Positions 48,983 to 59,272 of a stretch of 64,000 nt of DNA are shown in pieces. The position numbers and the translations under genes were made by a program. The notes below the pieces were generated by a model that saw nothing but the letters and a program-made list of their open reading frames with translations, did no database searches and was not told the DNA's origin. The DNA lies in assembly GCA_049968255.1 (NCBI GenBank), contig JBMFRB010000002.1:320001-384000 (forward strand), in the 5' to 3' direction. The stretch comes from Candidatus Sumerlaeaceae bacterium (GTDB taxonomy: Bacteria > Sumerlaeota > Sumerlaeia > Sumerlaeales > Sumerlaeaceae). Each line of letters starts with the position of its first letter. Position 1 is the first letter of the stretch.

Positions 48983-49909
48983 TCAGGGAAGGCTTGAGGA
49001 AATGCCACGAGGCGACGCTGTCGAACTCACGACTGGTTCGGCTCCGGGCGCATAGGGCGAGAGTTGGGCTGGCTCCGATGGGACACGTTCAAGTACGTGG
49101 ACCCTGCTACCGTCCACGACGATAGGGCCGCGCCATTGTCTGGACTTGGCGAGCTCTTGGGTCGGCACTGCTTGATTGGGATTTCTTGCGACGTCTTTCG
49201 TTGGTTCGGGAGCTCGCGAATACTGCACCACAGCTGTTCCTTGAGAAGGTACGAGGGAATATTTGGTCGGCGCCAGAAAGTTCGTCCTGTTGCTCCCCTG
49301 TCCGAGGTTCATCGCTCGCTCCAATTGGACTGTCTGCATCTGCGCCACCCGAAGTTTCGTCTCATAGGACGGATCGTTTTGACGTTTTTCGACCCACCCT
49401 CGCACTTCCCGCAAATGCTTTGGATCAGTGAGGGTTTGCACGAGCTGCGCGGCAGAATCGCCAATGAGCCATTTTTTCGGATAATGCTTTTCCATGACCT
49501 CGCGAGCGGTTCTCAGTGCCAGCTGGCGATTCTCTTCCATCAATTCCGTAGTGGGGCTGGCTTCCATGCGCATGGCATAAATTTGCGCGATGAGGAAATG
49601 GTGAACCGCCCGGCGCTCTGGATCAGCTCCCTCGCAATTTGTAACCTCACGCGCCACACGAAGCGCTTCCTCGTATTCTTCGGCTTGGATGAGCTTCTTG
49701 CATAACTCCTCCAAGCCCTTGGAACGTGTCTCGGGATCTCGCGCCGCCTGAACGTCCGCCTTGCACTGCGCAATAGTGCGCTGGAGCGCCAACCGGTGGC
49801 CAGGCGCTAATGCTTTGGTACGATAGAGAGAATCCCCCAACGCTAATGAGGAGAGCACTAGCATCGCCAAAAAGCTCCAGATAAACTTTACTCCTCTGCG
49901 GTGGCTCAT
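48983..49909 (-). CDS. Hypothetical secreted protein (helical N-domain, low-complexity tail)
   Basis: Signal peptide (..FLAMLVLSSLALG|D). ATG 49909 overlaps the kinase stop (ATGA). Confidence 0.65.
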   Translation of the reverse strand: MSHRRGVKFIWSFLAMLVLSSLALGDSLYRTKALAPGHRLALQRTIAQCKADVQAARDPETRSKGLEELCKKLIQAEEYEEALRVAREVTNCEGADPERRAVHHFLIAQIYAMRMEASPTTELMEENRQLALRTAREVMEKHYPKKWLIGDSAAQLVQTLTDPKHLREVRGWVEKRQNDPSYETKLRVAQMQTVQLERAMNLGQGSNRTNFLAPTKYSLVPSQGTAVVQYSRAPEPTKDVARNPNQAVPTQELAKSRQWRGPIVVDGSRVHVLERVPSEPAQLSPYAPGAEPVVSSTASPRGISSSLP

Positions 49910-51042
49910 TCCTCTGTCTCCACAGCATCGCATTTAGCCTTTAATGGGACATAAAGCCGGAATGTTGTCAATTCGTTTGGCGTGCTCTGAACTTCGATAG
50001 CCCCTCCGTGAAGTTCAACGATGTAGCGTGTGATATACAGCCCAAGCCCGCTGCCCTCGATTCCCCCATGAGCATCACTGCGGCGGTATTTCTCAAAGAT
50101 TTGCGGCAGGTCCTCTGGCGCAATACCGCTGCCAGTGTTAGTCACAGCCACCAGGACTGTGTCGCAAGCGAGCGGAGATTCCGTGGCTGGCACAAAACGC
50201 GTAAGAATGGTAATGGTTCCACCAACTGGTGTAAACTTGTAAGCGTTACCGACGACATTGCTTACAGCGCGGAAGAGAAGATTCTCGTCGGCCATGACAG
50301 GCGGCAGGTTGTCGGCCAGGTCCGTAGTTACTGTTAGGGATTTTCGTTCCGCATCGGCCTGAAATACACACACAAGGTCCTCGACAAGGAAATTGAGCTG
50401 TACCTGGCGGAGAAAAAGCCGGAGTTTACCGCCTTCGATTTTACATGATGTTAAAAAGTTATCAATGAGAGACAGAATCTTCAACGCATTTGAGTGGATC
50501 GTTTGAACGAATTCTTTCGCGCGTGGATTCAACTGTCCAGTGGTTTTATCAAAGATAAGAGAAGCATAGCCGATGATCGAGGAGAGCGGAATTTTGATGT
50601 CATGGGTGATCATTGAAATAAGATCTTCGCGGAAACGCTGAGCTTCCACTGCCGCGAAAGCGCGTTCCACGGTCTTACGCAGCTGTTCAAACTCAAACGG
50701 CTTGGGCAAGTAGTCAAACGCTTTGTGATGGACGGCTTGGATGGCACTTTCTGTCGAAGCGTGTCCAGTGATGATGATAAAAGCCGTGTGCCGACTGTCT
50801 CCCACCGATCGCATGATTTCGAAACCATCCGCATCGTCCATTCGGAGATCGGTGATCACGACAGGATAATCTTGCGCTGCGAGTTTTTGGATCGCCTCAT
50901 TGCCACCAAGAGCAGTGTCCACGACATACCCGCAGGATGACAGCAATGTGCGCAGGCTCTCGACCATGCGCTTTTCGTCATCGACAACAAGAATGCGCCG
51001 CTCGGTCTGCGGAGGAGGCGAAATGATCTTGGTTTCATTCAT
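49906..51042 (-). CDS. Hybrid response regulator-histidine kinase (REC-HisKA-HATPase), cytoplasmic
   Basis: REC motifs ILVVDDE, ITDLRM and YLPKP. H-box ITHDIKIPL, N-box NVVGNAYKF, G1 TNTGSGI, F-box IFEKY and G2 GSGLGL. No TM segments. Confidence 0.92.
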   Translation of the reverse strand: MNETKIISPPPQTERRILVVDDEKRMVESLRTLLSSCGYVVDTALGGNEAIQKLAAQDYPVVITDLRMDDADGFEIMRSVGDSRHTAFIIITGHASTESAIQAVHHKAFDYLPKPFEFEQLRKTVERAFAAVEAQRFREDLISMITHDIKIPLSSIIGYASLIFDKTTGQLNPRAKEFVQTIHSNALKILSLIDNFLTSCKIEGGKLRLFLRQVQLNFLVEDLVCVFQADAERKSLTVTTDLADNLPPVMADENLLFRAVSNVVGNAYKFTPVGGTITILTRFVPATESPLACDTVLVAVTNTGSGIAPEDLPQIFEKYRRSDAHGGIEGSGLGLYITRYIVELHGGAIEVQSTPNELTTFRLYVPLKAKCDAVETEE

Positions 51043-51161
51043 CGGTTGTATCTACTGAGTGCATAAAAGCCGGGCAACTCGCTGCGTTCAAAAAAATTGC
51101 CCGAAACGTATTACCAGAGCAATCAAGTTTGACCACCTGTGAAGCGCTGGAGGCAAGCAAA

Positions 51162-51710
51162 ATGACCGACAGGCTAACTCATCTTGACGCGCAAGGGGCG
51201 GCTCAAATGGTCGACTTAGGCCAGAAACAGCCCTCCCTTCGCGAAGCCACCGCCGAGGGTGTGCTTGTCCTAACCCCCAAGGTGTGGGAGGCCGTTTGCG
51301 AAGGAAAATTCCCTAAGGGAGAACTCTGGAACACTGCGCGAGTTGCAGGAATTCTTGCCGCAAAGCGGACTCATGAACTCATCCCCCTGTGCCACGCATT
51401 GCAGCTGCGTTCGGTAAACGTAAACTTTGCTCTCGACTCTACGCGTAAACAGATTGTCGCGCGAGCTCGCGTAGCTGCCCTTGAGGTCACCGGCGTGGAA
51501 ATGGAAGCACTCGTCGCGACTTCAGCGGCCTTACTTACCTTGTACGACATGCTCAAAGCAGTGGACAAAGGGATGCAAATCGGGCCAATTCGACTGCTTA
51601 GCAAATCTGGCGGCAAATCTGGCACATACGTAGCGCCTAGCGAAAGCTGGTTTTCGTCAGCGGATTTTTCCATACAGGGCGAATCCGAGGCGAAAGCATG
51701 CGCAGAATGA
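51162..51710 (+). CDS. moaC: Cyclic pyranopterin monophosphate synthase
   Basis: LTHLD..G.A.MVD, KG, AGILAAKRT.ELIPLCH, TGVEMEAL, YDMLKAVD and KSGGKSG. RBS GGAGG before ATG 51162. Confidence 0.96.
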   Translation: MTDRLTHLDAQGAAQMVDLGQKQPSLREATAEGVLVLTPKVWEAVCEGKFPKGELWNTARVAGILAAKRTHELIPLCHALQLRSVNVNFALDSTRKQIVARARVAALEVTGVEMEALVATSAALLTLYDMLKAVDKGMQIGPIRLLSKSGGKSGTYVAPSESWFSSADFSIQGESEAKACAE

Positions 51711-51888
51711 CGGCAACGGCTCACTTTTTGCGATTATTCAAGAAGATTGCATTTAGATCGCTCCAATAACTTGCCTTATTGTTTAATAAGGAAAAAATCG
51801 TTGGAGCGTCGTGTGTTTTTTCTGAAGCTTTCGCCGCCGCTAGCGTATGGCTACTTGTACAGCAAGATGTTGCACCAAGCGGTAGTAG

Positions 51889-52938
<1,050 letters not shown>

Positions 52939-52989
52939 GAGGAAGGCTCCGGTGAGATCCAGTTTAGATAAAAGCGACTAAAAAAGCGC

Positions 52990-53021
52990 GGGCGGGGAAG
53001 GTCCATTGTTCCCCGCCCTTT
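52990..53021 (+). terminator. Hairpin between gap and tpiA (terminator or mRNA-stabilising stem)
   Basis: A 10-bp stem GGGCGGGGAA/TTCCCCGCCC followed by TTT. Confidence 0.5.
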
Positions 53022-53079
53022 GTGCTGCGCATCCTTCGCAACGAACATCAGAGCACCTCCAAGAAAGGATTATACTGCA

Positions 53080-53835
53080 ATGGCTCGAAAGCCCATCATC
53101 GCTGGGAACTGGAAAATGCACAAGACGCGGCGTGAAGCCGCGGATTTAGCTAATGCGTTGGCTGCTCAACTTGGTACCTACGAGGCGGTCGAGGTGGTGT
53201 TATGTCCTCCTTACACGGCACTGGAAACGGTTGCAGCCGCGATTCGCGGAACACGCATCAGCTTGGGGGCCCAAAACTGCCACTGGGCCGATTCAGGAGC
53301 TTTTACGGGGGAAGTTTCGGCGCCAATGCTCGTGGACGTTGGGTGCAAATACGTGATTATCGGGCATTCGGAACGTCGGCAGTATTTTGCCGAAACCGAC
53401 GAATCCATCAATAAAAAGGCGCAGGCAGCTTACAAGCACGGCCTCACACCCATTATTTGCGTGGGCGAAACGCTTGAAGAGCGCCAGGCCGGCCGCACAG
53501 AGCAGGTCGTTACGACTCAGATAAAGGGCTGTCTCAACGGGTTACCAGCTGAAAAAGTTGCCCAGAGCGTGATTGCATACGAGCCAGTCTGGGCAATTGG
53601 CACGGGGCAAACGGCCACAAAAGAACAGGCTCAGCAAGTGCATGCTCTCATTCGCGGCCTTGTTGCCAAGATGTTTTCCCCAGAGGTTGCCGGAGAAATC
53701 CGCATTCAGTATGGGGGAAGTGTCAAGCCTCAAAACATTCGTGAACTCATGGCGCAGCCAGATATAGATGGGGCGCTCGTGGGTGGCGCCAGCCTTGAAG
53801 CGGATTCATTTGCGTCAATCGTTCGCTATGAATAA
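53080..53835 (+). CDS. tpiA: Triosephosphate isomerase
   Basis: AGNWKM, GAFTGE, IGHSERR, AYEPVWAIGTG, YGGSV and DGALVGGASL. RBS AAAGGA. Confidence 0.98.
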   Translation: MARKPIIAGNWKMHKTRREAADLANALAAQLGTYEAVEVVLCPPYTALETVAAAIRGTRISLGAQNCHWADSGAFTGEVSAPMLVDVGCKYVIIGHSERRQYFAETDESINKKAQAAYKHGLTPIICVGETLEERQAGRTEQVVTTQIKGCLNGLPAEKVAQSVIAYEPVWAIGTGQTATKEQAQQVHALIRGLVAKMFSPEVAGEIRIQYGGSVKPQNIRELMAQPDIDGALVGGASLEADSFASIVRYE

Positions 53836-53891
53836 GTCGCAATCGTAGCAAATTAGCAAGCTAACAATCCGATAGGAGGCAGGAAGTAGCC

Positions 53892-55547
53892 ATGTCGCAT
53901 CACATCTCCATGTTGGAGTCCCAACGGCTTCAGTACAAGCCCAAGATGCCAAAAGCTCTGGCATCAGGGAGGATCAAAATTGAAAAAGGTCCATTTGTGG
54001 AACCAAAGGCCAACGCTGCGGAAATTAAAAGCCTTTTCCCGGCTACATACGGGTACCCGCTCGTGCGGTTGGTCGAAGGTGAAGGTGATCTCACGACTGC
54101 ACCGCTGTGCGTGGGTGTTGTTTTGAGTGGCGGGCCTGCCGCGGGTGGCCACAATGCAATTGCCGGACTCTTTGATGCGCTTAAGGCCGCAAATCCGCGG
54201 AGCCGTCTCATAGGTTTTCTGGGAGGGCCAAAGGGAATTTTTACCAATAAGTGGATTGAACTTACCGGCGAGAAGATCGATGCTTACCGCAATACTGGTG
54301 GATTCGACATGATCGGAAGCGGCCGGGACAAGATCGAGACGAAAGAACAGCTCGAAGGTTGTGAAAACACAGCTCAAGAGCTCGGACTGAACGCCTTGGT
54401 CGTAATTGGGGGGGATGACTCAAACACCAATGCAGCCATTCTCGCCGAATACTGCGCAGCGAAAAACTTCCCGCTCCAGGTCATTGGTTTACCAAAGACC
54501 ATCGATGGCGACATGCGCAACGAGTTCATTGACATGTCGTTCGGCTTCGACACTGCCGTCAAAACCTATGCCTACCTCGTTGGAAATATCTGTCGCGATG
54601 CGCGTTCCGGTCGCAAATATTATCATTTTATCAAGTTGATGGGGCGCTCAGCCAGTCACGTGACCCTTGAGGTGGCTCTTCGGACGCAGCCAAACTTGGC
54701 CATTATCTCCGAAGAGCTAAAGTCCCGCAAGCATACTTTGGATGACGTCGTCACAGCTATTGCTCAGGTTGTGGCACAGCGGGCGGAAGCAGGCAAAAAT
54801 TACGGGGTGATTCTCATTCCTGAGGGACTCCTAGAATTCCTTGCCGATTTCAAAGGTTTTCTGAAAGACCTCGGCGAGTTGCTCGGTAAAGAGGAAGAGC
54901 AGATGAGTGCTTTACCGAAAGACAAGCGAACTGAATTCGTCGCGTCGAAACTCTCAGGGGCCTCAGGTGAACTGTATAGAAGACTTCCTACCTCCTTGCA
55001 GGAAGTGCTTTTGCAAAGAGATTCGCATGGTAATCTCACAGTGTCGCAACTGGAGACAGAAAAGTTCCTCGCCGAACTTGTGGAAGCGCGGCTCAACGAA
55101 TGGAAACAAGAAGGGCGCTTCAAAGGGAAATTTGCGGCAATCACGCACTTCTTCGGCTATGAAGGACGTTGTGGTTTTCCGACGAACTTCGATGCGGATT
55201 ACACGTATTGTCTGGGCTTCGCGGCAGCCCAACTTATACGCGGTGGCTTGAGCGGCTACACGGTTTCGGCCAAGAATCTCGCCCATTCCGTCGAAAAATG
55301 GGAGTTCGGCGGAGTACCGGTCACATCCATGCTGACCCTCGAGCATCGCAAGGGCGAACTAAAGCCCGTTATCGCCAAAGCGCTCGTCGAGCTCGACAAA
55401 CCACCGTTCCAATACTTTGCAGCGAACCGTGAACGGTGGGCAGTGGATGATTGTTATCACTCGCCAGGCCCGATTCAATATTTTGGCCCAAGTGAAATCT
55501 GCGATGCCCGAAATATGACCATGCTTTTAGAGGCCGGTCTAGTGTGA
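53892..55547 (+). CDS. pfp: PPi-dependent phosphofructokinase (long clade)
   Basis: GGDD and PKTIDGD (PPi-type residues), plus LMGRSASH, RD.HGN and FFGYEGR. 551 aa. Confidence 0.92.
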   Translation: MSHHISMLESQRLQYKPKMPKALASGRIKIEKGPFVEPKANAAEIKSLFPATYGYPLVRLVEGEGDLTTAPLCVGVVLSGGPAAGGHNAIAGLFDALKAANPRSRLIGFLGGPKGIFTNKWIELTGEKIDAYRNTGGFDMIGSGRDKIETKEQLEGCENTAQELGLNALVVIGGDDSNTNAAILAEYCAAKNFPLQVIGLPKTIDGDMRNEFIDMSFGFDTAVKTYAYLVGNICRDARSGRKYYHFIKLMGRSASHVTLEVALRTQPNLAIISEELKSRKHTLDDVVTAIAQVVAQRAEAGKNYGVILIPEGLLEFLADFKGFLKDLGELLGKEEEQMSALPKDKRTEFVASKLSGASGELYRRLPTSLQEVLLQRDSHGNLTVSQLETEKFLAELVEARLNEWKQEGRFKGKFAAITHFFGYEGRCGFPTNFDADYTYCLGFAAAQLIRGGLSGYTVSAKNLAHSVEKWEFGGVPVTSMLTLEHRKGELKPVIAKALVELDKPPFQYFAANRERWAVDDCYHSPGPIQYFGPSEICDARNMTMLLEAGLV

Positions 55548-56893
55548 GCGACCCGAAGCAAACAATAAAAACCGGGGCACAGGAAGATCCTTTTCATGTG
55601 ACCTGTTTAGGTGAACGGGGCGTGTCCTCGCCACTAAGGCTAGCGCCAAAGTACCGCGAGGGCATGCCCTCTTTTGTCTCCGACCAGACGCGTATTTTGC
55701 TCAATATCGAATTTCAGGCCGGGCAGCTGCCTCCCTGTGCCGAGGCATTTGAAATGGCGGGGCCACGCGCAAACATTTTCTTTCATCCCGCGCGGACAAA
55801 GGTTGGTATTGTGACCTGTGGTGGCTTGTGTCCGGGGCTAAACAACGTAATCCGGTCTGCTTTTCTGGAGTTTTACTACAATTATGGTGTCCGTGAGATT
55901 TGGGGCATCCGTTACGGCTATGCGGGACTTGATCCACGCAACGGCATTCCTCCTGTTCGTTTGAACGAGGAAATGGTGGATGCTATACAAAACGATGGCG
56001 GGACACTGCTTGGCTCCTCACGCGAGCGTGTTGATCCGGCCGTTATGACAGATTTTCTCATCCAGGAGAAATTCGATATTTTGCTCACTGTGGGCGGCGA
56101 CGGCACAATGCGCGGCGCAGTGGCGCTCACGGAAGAAATTCAAAAGAGGGGGATAAAAATCGCCGTAGTCGGGGTGCCCAAGACCATCGATAATGACATC
56201 CCTTATGTTGACCCAAGCTTCGGTTTTTCTACGGCTGTTGCCCGCGCGCGCAATATTTTGGATAGCGCTCACGCCGAAGCAAAAGGAGCGCCGTATGGTA
56301 TTGGACTTGTCAAACTGATGGGGCGCGAGGCAGGTTTCGTTGCGGCGGGAGCAACTTTGGCCAGCCAGCAGGTGAATTTTTGCCTTGTGCCTGAGCAACG
56401 TCTCGTCCTTGAAGGCGATCGCGGCTTTCTTGCTGTTTTACATCGACGCATGCTTGAGCATAAGCATGCCGTTATTGCACTTGCTGAGGGTGCAGGGCAG
56501 GATCTTTTTGGCGATACTCCGCGGGAGTTTGATGCTTCAGGAAACGTAAAGCTTTCTGACGTCGGCGCCTTGCTTCGAACCCGGATTGTCCCGTACATGG
56601 AGAAGCAAGGTCTGAAGGTAAATTTGAAATACTTTGAGCCGAGTTACTACATCCGGAGCGTGCCAGCAAATGCAACGGACGCCCTCCTTTGCGATCGACT
56701 TGCACGTTACGCCGTTGATGCTGCAATGGCAGGCAAAACGGGAGTGCTCATTGGCTATTGGAACAACAAATTTGTGCATGTTCCGATGCGGGCGGTTGTT
56801 GGCCAAAAACGCCGCTTAAAACTCGACAGCGATCTGTGGCGTTCTGTGCTGGCCAGCACTGGCCAACCTTGCACTTTTGAACCACTTGGATGA
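55544..56893 (+). CDS. ATP-dependent 6-phosphofructokinase (group X-like)
   Basis: AGPR..IFF, GIVTCGGLCPGLNNVIR, GGDGT (ATP-type), PKTIDND, KLMGR and PSY.IRS. Confidence 0.9.
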   Translation: MSDPKQTIKTGAQEDPFHVTCLGERGVSSPLRLAPKYREGMPSFVSDQTRILLNIEFQAGQLPPCAEAFEMAGPRANIFFHPARTKVGIVTCGGLCPGLNNVIRSAFLEFYYNYGVREIWGIRYGYAGLDPRNGIPPVRLNEEMVDAIQNDGGTLLGSSRERVDPAVMTDFLIQEKFDILLTVGGDGTMRGAVALTEEIQKRGIKIAVVGVPKTIDNDIPYVDPSFGFSTAVARARNILDSAHAEAKGAPYGIGLVKLMGREAGFVAAGATLASQQVNFCLVPEQRLVLEGDRGFLAVLHRRMLEHKHAVIALAEGAGQDLFGDTPREFDASGNVKLSDVGALLRTRIVPYMEKQGLKVNLKYFEPSYYIRSVPANATDALLCDRLARYAVDAAMAGKTGVLIGYWNNKFVHVPMRAVVGQKRRLKLDSDLWRSVLASTGQPCTFEPLG

Positions 56894-56919
56894 AACGCCG
56901 CTCTTCGTGCTTCCGCATG

Positions 56920-57501
56920 TCATTGTGACGGGGGACGAGGTGATTTAGGGTCAAGTGGTTTCCGAATTATAGCCTTAGCGTCTTCATCGGGGCGGGGATA
57001 CCAGTCGTCTTTGATCTTTCGCACGTTCGAGATGCCGTGGTACTCTAGAGGCTGAACGTAATCCTTACGCAAAGGGTGGCCGATCCAGTCTTCGGGGCAA
57101 AGGATTCTTCGCAAATCTGGATGGCCTTCGAAGACAACGCCGAGCAGATCAAATTGCTCACGTTCGTGCCAGTCAGCGGAGGGCCACAGATCACAGACGC
57201 TCGGCACTCGCGGATTATCGTGATCTGTTCGCACCTTTACTGCGATCTTGTGGCTGTGCGGTATGCTCCAGAGGTGATAGACGACCTCGAAGTGTGTTAC
57301 CCAATCTATGGCTGTGACCAACTGAAGAAAATCGAACTGAAGATCGGGATGCGAACGCAGCAATTCCATCACAGGGCGAAGACTGCTTAGCGAGACGCGG
57401 ATCCACGGAGAGTAGCCGCTAAAATCCGACTCATCCACGCTGTCACTGGCAATTTCGGAACGAAGAATTTCTGCTATGCGCTCAGGCCTCATGGAAGACA
57501 T
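56920..57501 (-). CDS. nuoC: NADH-quinone oxidoreductase subunit C
   Basis: FEVVYHL.S and [20 protein letters not shown]...W.GHPLRKDY. Confidence 0.95.
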   Translation of the reverse strand: MSSMRPERIAEILRSEIASDSVDESDFSGYSPWIRVSLSSLRPVMELLRSHPDLQFDFLQLVTAIDWVTHFEVVYHLWSIPHSHKIAVKVRTDHDNPRVPSVCDLWPSADWHEREQFDLLGVVFEGHPDLRRILCPEDWIGHPLRKDYVQPLEYHGISNVRKIKDDWYPRPDEDAKAIIRKPLDPKSPRPPSQ

Positions 57502-57507
57502 AAGATT

Positions 57508-58155
57508 TTAGTTAGACTCTTTCTTGTTAAATCGGGGATCAATGGGAGAGCGTCCCATTTCGTCCGGATAAAGGCCAAGACGACTTGCGATAATGTGCTC
57601 GCTGCGGACTTTCTCTTGCAGCCGCATGAGGGCCTCCAAGAGAGTCTCCGGCCTTGGGGGACACCCAGGCACGTAGACGTCTACGGGTACAATTTTATCT
57701 ACCCCTTTGACGACGTGGTAGCCATGCAGTGAGTAGGGGCCACCGCCAAGCACACACGCGCCCATCGCGATTACGTACTTGGGCTCGGGCATTTGCTCGA
57801 AGAGTCTTTTCACGCGCGGTGCCATTTTGTAGGTGACAGTGCCTGCGACAATCATCACGTCCGCCTGACGCGGCGTTGCGCGGAATGCACCAGCGCCGAA
57901 GCGATCGATGTCATATTTAGAAGCACTGGCTGCCATCATTTCAATCGCGCAACATGCAAGGCCAAAGGTCATCGGCCACAAGGAGCCTAGGCGGGCCCAA
58001 TTGATAATGGCATCAAGTGGCGCCACATAGAGGGCCCGATCCAGACCTTCAGCGCGAATTGCCTCGTTGAGTTCGCGCCGCAACCGCTCACGTTCGCGAT
58101 CCGGATACGACATGTCGAATTCGTGCCTAAGGCGCGTGTCTAGCAGCTTTCCCAT
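57508..58155 (-). CDS. nuoB: NADH-quinone oxidoreductase subunit B
   Basis: [40 protein letters not shown] and [14 protein letters not shown]. Confidence 0.97.
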   Translation of the reverse strand: MGKLLDTRLRHEFDMSYPDRERERLRRELNEAIRAEGLDRALYVAPLDAIINWARLGSLWPMTFGLACCAIEMMAASASKYDIDRFGAGAFRATPRQADVMIVAGTVTYKMAPRVKRLFEQMPEPKYVIAMGACVLGGGPYSLHGYHVVKGVDKIVPVDVYVPGCPPRPETLLEALMRLQEKVRSEHIIASRLGLYPDEMGRSPIDPRFNKKESN

Positions 58156-58157
58156 GG

Positions 58158-58652
58158 CTATGCCACTCCCCCTTCGGATGAAGCCCGACCGGCATCGGTC
58201 GGATCGAGCTTTTGGTGTCTGACCGGCTCAACAACGGAAGTCTGACTTAGTTCGCCGCTGCGCAACCAATCGAGATTGCCAAAGCGCCATGCGTAGACGA
58301 GCGCTACAAGCAGTACACCCACAAAGCCCAGCAGCTCAACGAGCGCAATTGTCCCCGCTGAATTTTCAACAAACCAGCGGAAAACGCGTGCCACCGGAAC
58401 CAGAAAGACCGTCTCGACGTCGAAAACAAGAAAAACGAGAGCTACCGTATAGAAGCGGATGTTGTAACGAATCCACGCGCTGCCGATGGTTGGTTCCCCG
58501 CACTCGTAAATCCGAACCTTTTCCTGCGAAGGTTTGCGTGGGCGCAAAAGCAAGCCGACGCCTAAGCTAAGGTAAACAAAAGCTGCAGTTGCGAGGAAAA
58601 AAGTGGCAACAGCCAACCAGTTGAATTGTGAATCGTGAACTGTTTCCATCAC
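58158..58652 (-). CDS. nuoA: NADH-quinone oxidoreductase subunit A
   Basis: Three TMs, with YECGE, FY..ALVF..FDVE and YAW..G.LDW. Confidence 0.95.
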   Translation of the reverse strand: MMETVHDSQFNWLAVATFFLATAAFVYLSLGVGLLLRPRKPSQEKVRIYECGEPTIGSAWIRYNIRFYTVALVFLVFDVETVFLVPVARVFRWFVENSAGTIALVELLGFVGVLLVALVYAWRFGNLDWLRSGELSQTSVVEPVRHQKLDPTDAGRASSEGGVA

Positions 58653-58792
58653 GACAATCCCTCTGATAGCATTACAAAGTGGACCTGCATGTCTTATTCG
58701 ATAAATGTTTCGCTGCTATCTTTTTTCGCCACCGATCGAAGGGACGACTCTTTTTCAACTCGGATAAAAAAATGTTTAGGATCACTCGCTTT

Positions 58793-58810
58793 TCAGTTGA
58801 AATCAACTGA
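58793..58810. promoter_or_regulatory. Perfect 8-2-8 inverted repeat in divergent promoter region (candidate operator)
   Basis: TCAGTTGA-AA-TCAACTGA lies between nuoA (-) and the small lipoprotein gene (+). Confidence 0.35.
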
Positions 58811-58865
58811 CGTTTTTTTGCTGCATTGGACTCGAGGTTAGAAAACTGCCGAAGGAGGCTGTACG

Positions 58866-59021
58866 ATGAAAGCAATTTCTCTCGCGTTGGTCGCTGCATT
58901 TGCGGCGGTAATTTTCTCTGGCTGCTGCAGCTATAAGACCAAGTGCTATCCGTACCCGATGTACGATCTCTCGCCGGGTAAGGTTTGCGGCGCTGGTCCT
59001 TGTGCTGTGAAATCCAAATAA
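58866..59021 (+). CDS. Small Cys-rich lipoprotein (51 aa), not in ORF track
   Basis: RBS AAGGAGG lies 7 nt before the ATG. Translation: MKAISLALVAAFAAVIFSG-CCSYKTKCYPYPMYDLSPGKVCGAGPCAVKSK. Lipobox-like FSG-C, with a terminator directly downstream. Confidence 0.8.
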   Translation: MKAISLALVAAFAAVIFSGCCSYKTKCYPYPMYDLSPGKVCGAGPCAVKSK

Positions 59022-59048
59022 GTCAGAGCAGAAATTTGCTGGTCGGAT

Positions 59049-59090
59049 AACCTGCCGCCGGCGGAGAAGTCGGCGGCAGGTTTTCTTTTT
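59049..59090 (+). terminator. Intrinsic terminator of the small lipoprotein gene
   Basis: AACCTGCCGCCG(GC)-GGAGAA-(GT)CGGCGGCAGGTT stem followed by TTCTTTTT. Confidence 0.85.
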
Positions 59091-59272
59091 GACACGCTGG
59101 GTTCTCGGTTGGATCAAAAGCTCTTGGCATGCGCCAAGGAGCAACATTTCCGAAGAAATACGGTTCCATCAATCAAGTCTGTTCTCCCCATCTTTGCCCG
59201 GCAGCGCCAATCGTGCATACCTTGGTAATCCGCGATGCCAAACGACACGAAAAGGAGATCTGTGGTTAGCTG

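Noticed and set aside
58793-58810. FNR box
   Set aside because: FNR needs TTGAT-N4-ATCAA, and the half-site spacing here is different.
58866-59021. RiPP (ranthipeptide/lanthipeptide) precursor interpretation of the Cys-rich peptide
   Set aside because: The leader is a hydrophobic lipoprotein signal, and no maturase or transporter is nearby. The only radical SAM gene is about 55 kb away and is B12-type, not SPASM.
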